The notes beneath the pieces were generated by a model. It was not told the origin of the DNA. It saw nothing but the letters and a program-made list of their open reading frames with translations, and made no database searches. Positions 63,059 through 64,000 of a DNA stretch of 64,000 bases are shown one piece after another; position 1 is the stretch's first letter; each line of letters begins with the position of its first letter. Origin of the DNA: Paludibacteraceae bacterium (GTDB taxonomy: Bacteria > Bacteroidota > Bacteroidia > Bacteroidales > Paludibacteraceae); assembly GCA_017457295.1 (NCBI GenBank), contig JAFTHS010000040.1, forward strand, positions 25,786 to 89,785. The letters run 5' to 3'. The translations under genes and the position numbers were made by a program.

Positions 63059-63865
63059 TTATTTTCTAATAAATTTTACGATGCAATCAATACAAATAGG
63101 AGTGTCGGAAACAGCATCAATAAACACATTTGCAGGGTGCATATCTTCTAAGTGTAAGCGTTCTCCAATATAATTTACGCCTCGTCCATCTCCGTTATCA
63201 CGAAAGCCCTTTTGAGCAACCATGAGATCTATCTCTTGCTTGGTAGCTAATCGTTTGCAAGTAACATAGGGTTGCGTACAAATAATACGGAACATTCCTT
63301 CGGAATCGCGCGTAAAGCCAATCACATTCATAGGAGTTTCTGCAAAGAGTGCATTGTGCAATACGATAGATTCTAATGCTCTGCCAAGTGTGGCATAGAT
63401 GGATGTACGAAGCTTGATGACAGAGGTGTCGCCATTTTGGTAATAAACTTTGGCTTCTGCTCCTTGGGCAATCATCGGACCATATTCCACTTCGATATCC
63501 TTTTCGGCATTATCGAACCATATACCTCTGACTTCTGCCCATTGACGAACCAGTTTCTCTTGAAGTTCGTCTATCTCCCAATTTCCTGGGCTAATTTGGC
63601 TTGCTGAAGCATTTGCACTTGCTTCAAGGCTTGTTCGCGCGTAGCAGCTGACGATGTACGCCCCAATGAGCATCTCACCTGCGCAGCAGAGACCTGCATG
63701 CTCCGCTTGATTGAATTGAGTAAGGTTTGTTTTTCCATTGAGTATGTCGTTTGTGAAATTATCAATCAGTTGTGTTGTTTGCTCTGAAAATCCGTTATAA
63801 CGAATAGCAGCATAGATTGATTCTATGCTTATTGGCGATGTGCTATTCAATAGTTCTTCTGACAT
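63059..63865 (-). CDS. Minimal protein-kinase-like fold protein (Bud32/RIO/Kdo-kinase-like) with unknown N-terminal domain
   Basis: AQGAEAKVYY (Gly-loop-like), SVIKLR (candidate Lys), LEDMHPANVF (catalytic-loop-like), ICIDCIV (DFG-equivalent). Confidence 0.5.
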   Translation of the reverse strand: MSEELLNSTSPISIESIYAAIRYNGFSEQTTQLIDNFTNDILNGKTNLTQFNQAEHAGLCCAGEMLIGAYIVSCYARTSLEASANASASQISPGNWEIDELQEKLVRQWAEVRGIWFDNAEKDIEVEYGPMIAQGAEAKVYYQNGDTSVIKLRTSIYATLGRALESIVLHNALFAETPMNVIGFTRDSEGMFRIICTQPYVTCKRLATKQEIDLMVAQKGFRDNGDGRGVNYIGERLHLEDMHPANVFIDAVSDTPICIDCIVKFIRK

Positions 63866-63895
63866 GATTTTCTATGCAATTTATAATTCTGCCTG

Positions 63896-63903
63896 CAAAG
63901 ATA
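63896..63903 (-). promoter_or_regulatory. Candidate -7 box (TATCTTTG) for the kinase-like gene
   Basis: The reverse complement of caaagata matches TAnnTTTG, about 30 nt upstream of the ATG at 63865. Confidence 0.4.
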
Positions 63904-64000
63904 CACTTTTTTTTTGAGATGTACAAGGCATGAATGATTTTTGAGCAATTTTTTTTAGGATCTTTCTTGCATATGTCAAAATTAAACAGTACTTTCGAAC

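Overview
This is a chromosomal window from a Bacteroidales genome, probably Prevotellaceae-like. Three things support that: repeated exact matches to the Bacteroidetes promoter consensus (-33 TTTG, -7 TAnnTTTG), three proteins ending in T9SS C-terminal sorting domains, and a Rho factor with a long low-complexity N-terminal insertion. Most of the window is densely packed housekeeping genes: hup, adk, obg, ClC channel, ligA, tsaD, tnaA, valS, lepB, ilvE, rsmI, ribE, two FKBP isomerases, truA, mtaB, rho, aroQ, rpmH, rbfA, lolE-like, xerD, panB, era, an M16 peptidase and tdh. I saw no rRNA, tRNA, CRISPR array, transposase or phage genes. Two real genes are absent from the ORF track because they are under 60 aa, and each lies under a spurious antisense ORF: rubredoxin (36187-36348) and rpmH (42755-42913). 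The stand-out region is 58.2-62.9 kb, a tightly packed minus-strand operon. It begins with a 97-aa precursor that has a twin-arginine signal and 12 cysteines at strict CXXX spacing. Then come a radical SAM/SPASM enzyme, a SPASM-only paralog lacking the radical SAM cluster motif, small accessory proteins, and finally tatA-tatC. A roughly 400-nt hairpin-rich leader of unknown class precedes the operon. I recognise the family only as the computationally defined 'CXXX repeat peptide modification system'. I know of no described chemistry or function for it. Other oddities are a heptanucleotide repeat family that spans coding and non-coding DNA at 25.05-25.81 kb, dispersed composite repeats shared between 23.1 kb and 57.7-58.2 kb, and a secreted esterase-like/PHP fusion protein. 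There is also an orphan exosortase-like gene and a minimal kinase-like protein.
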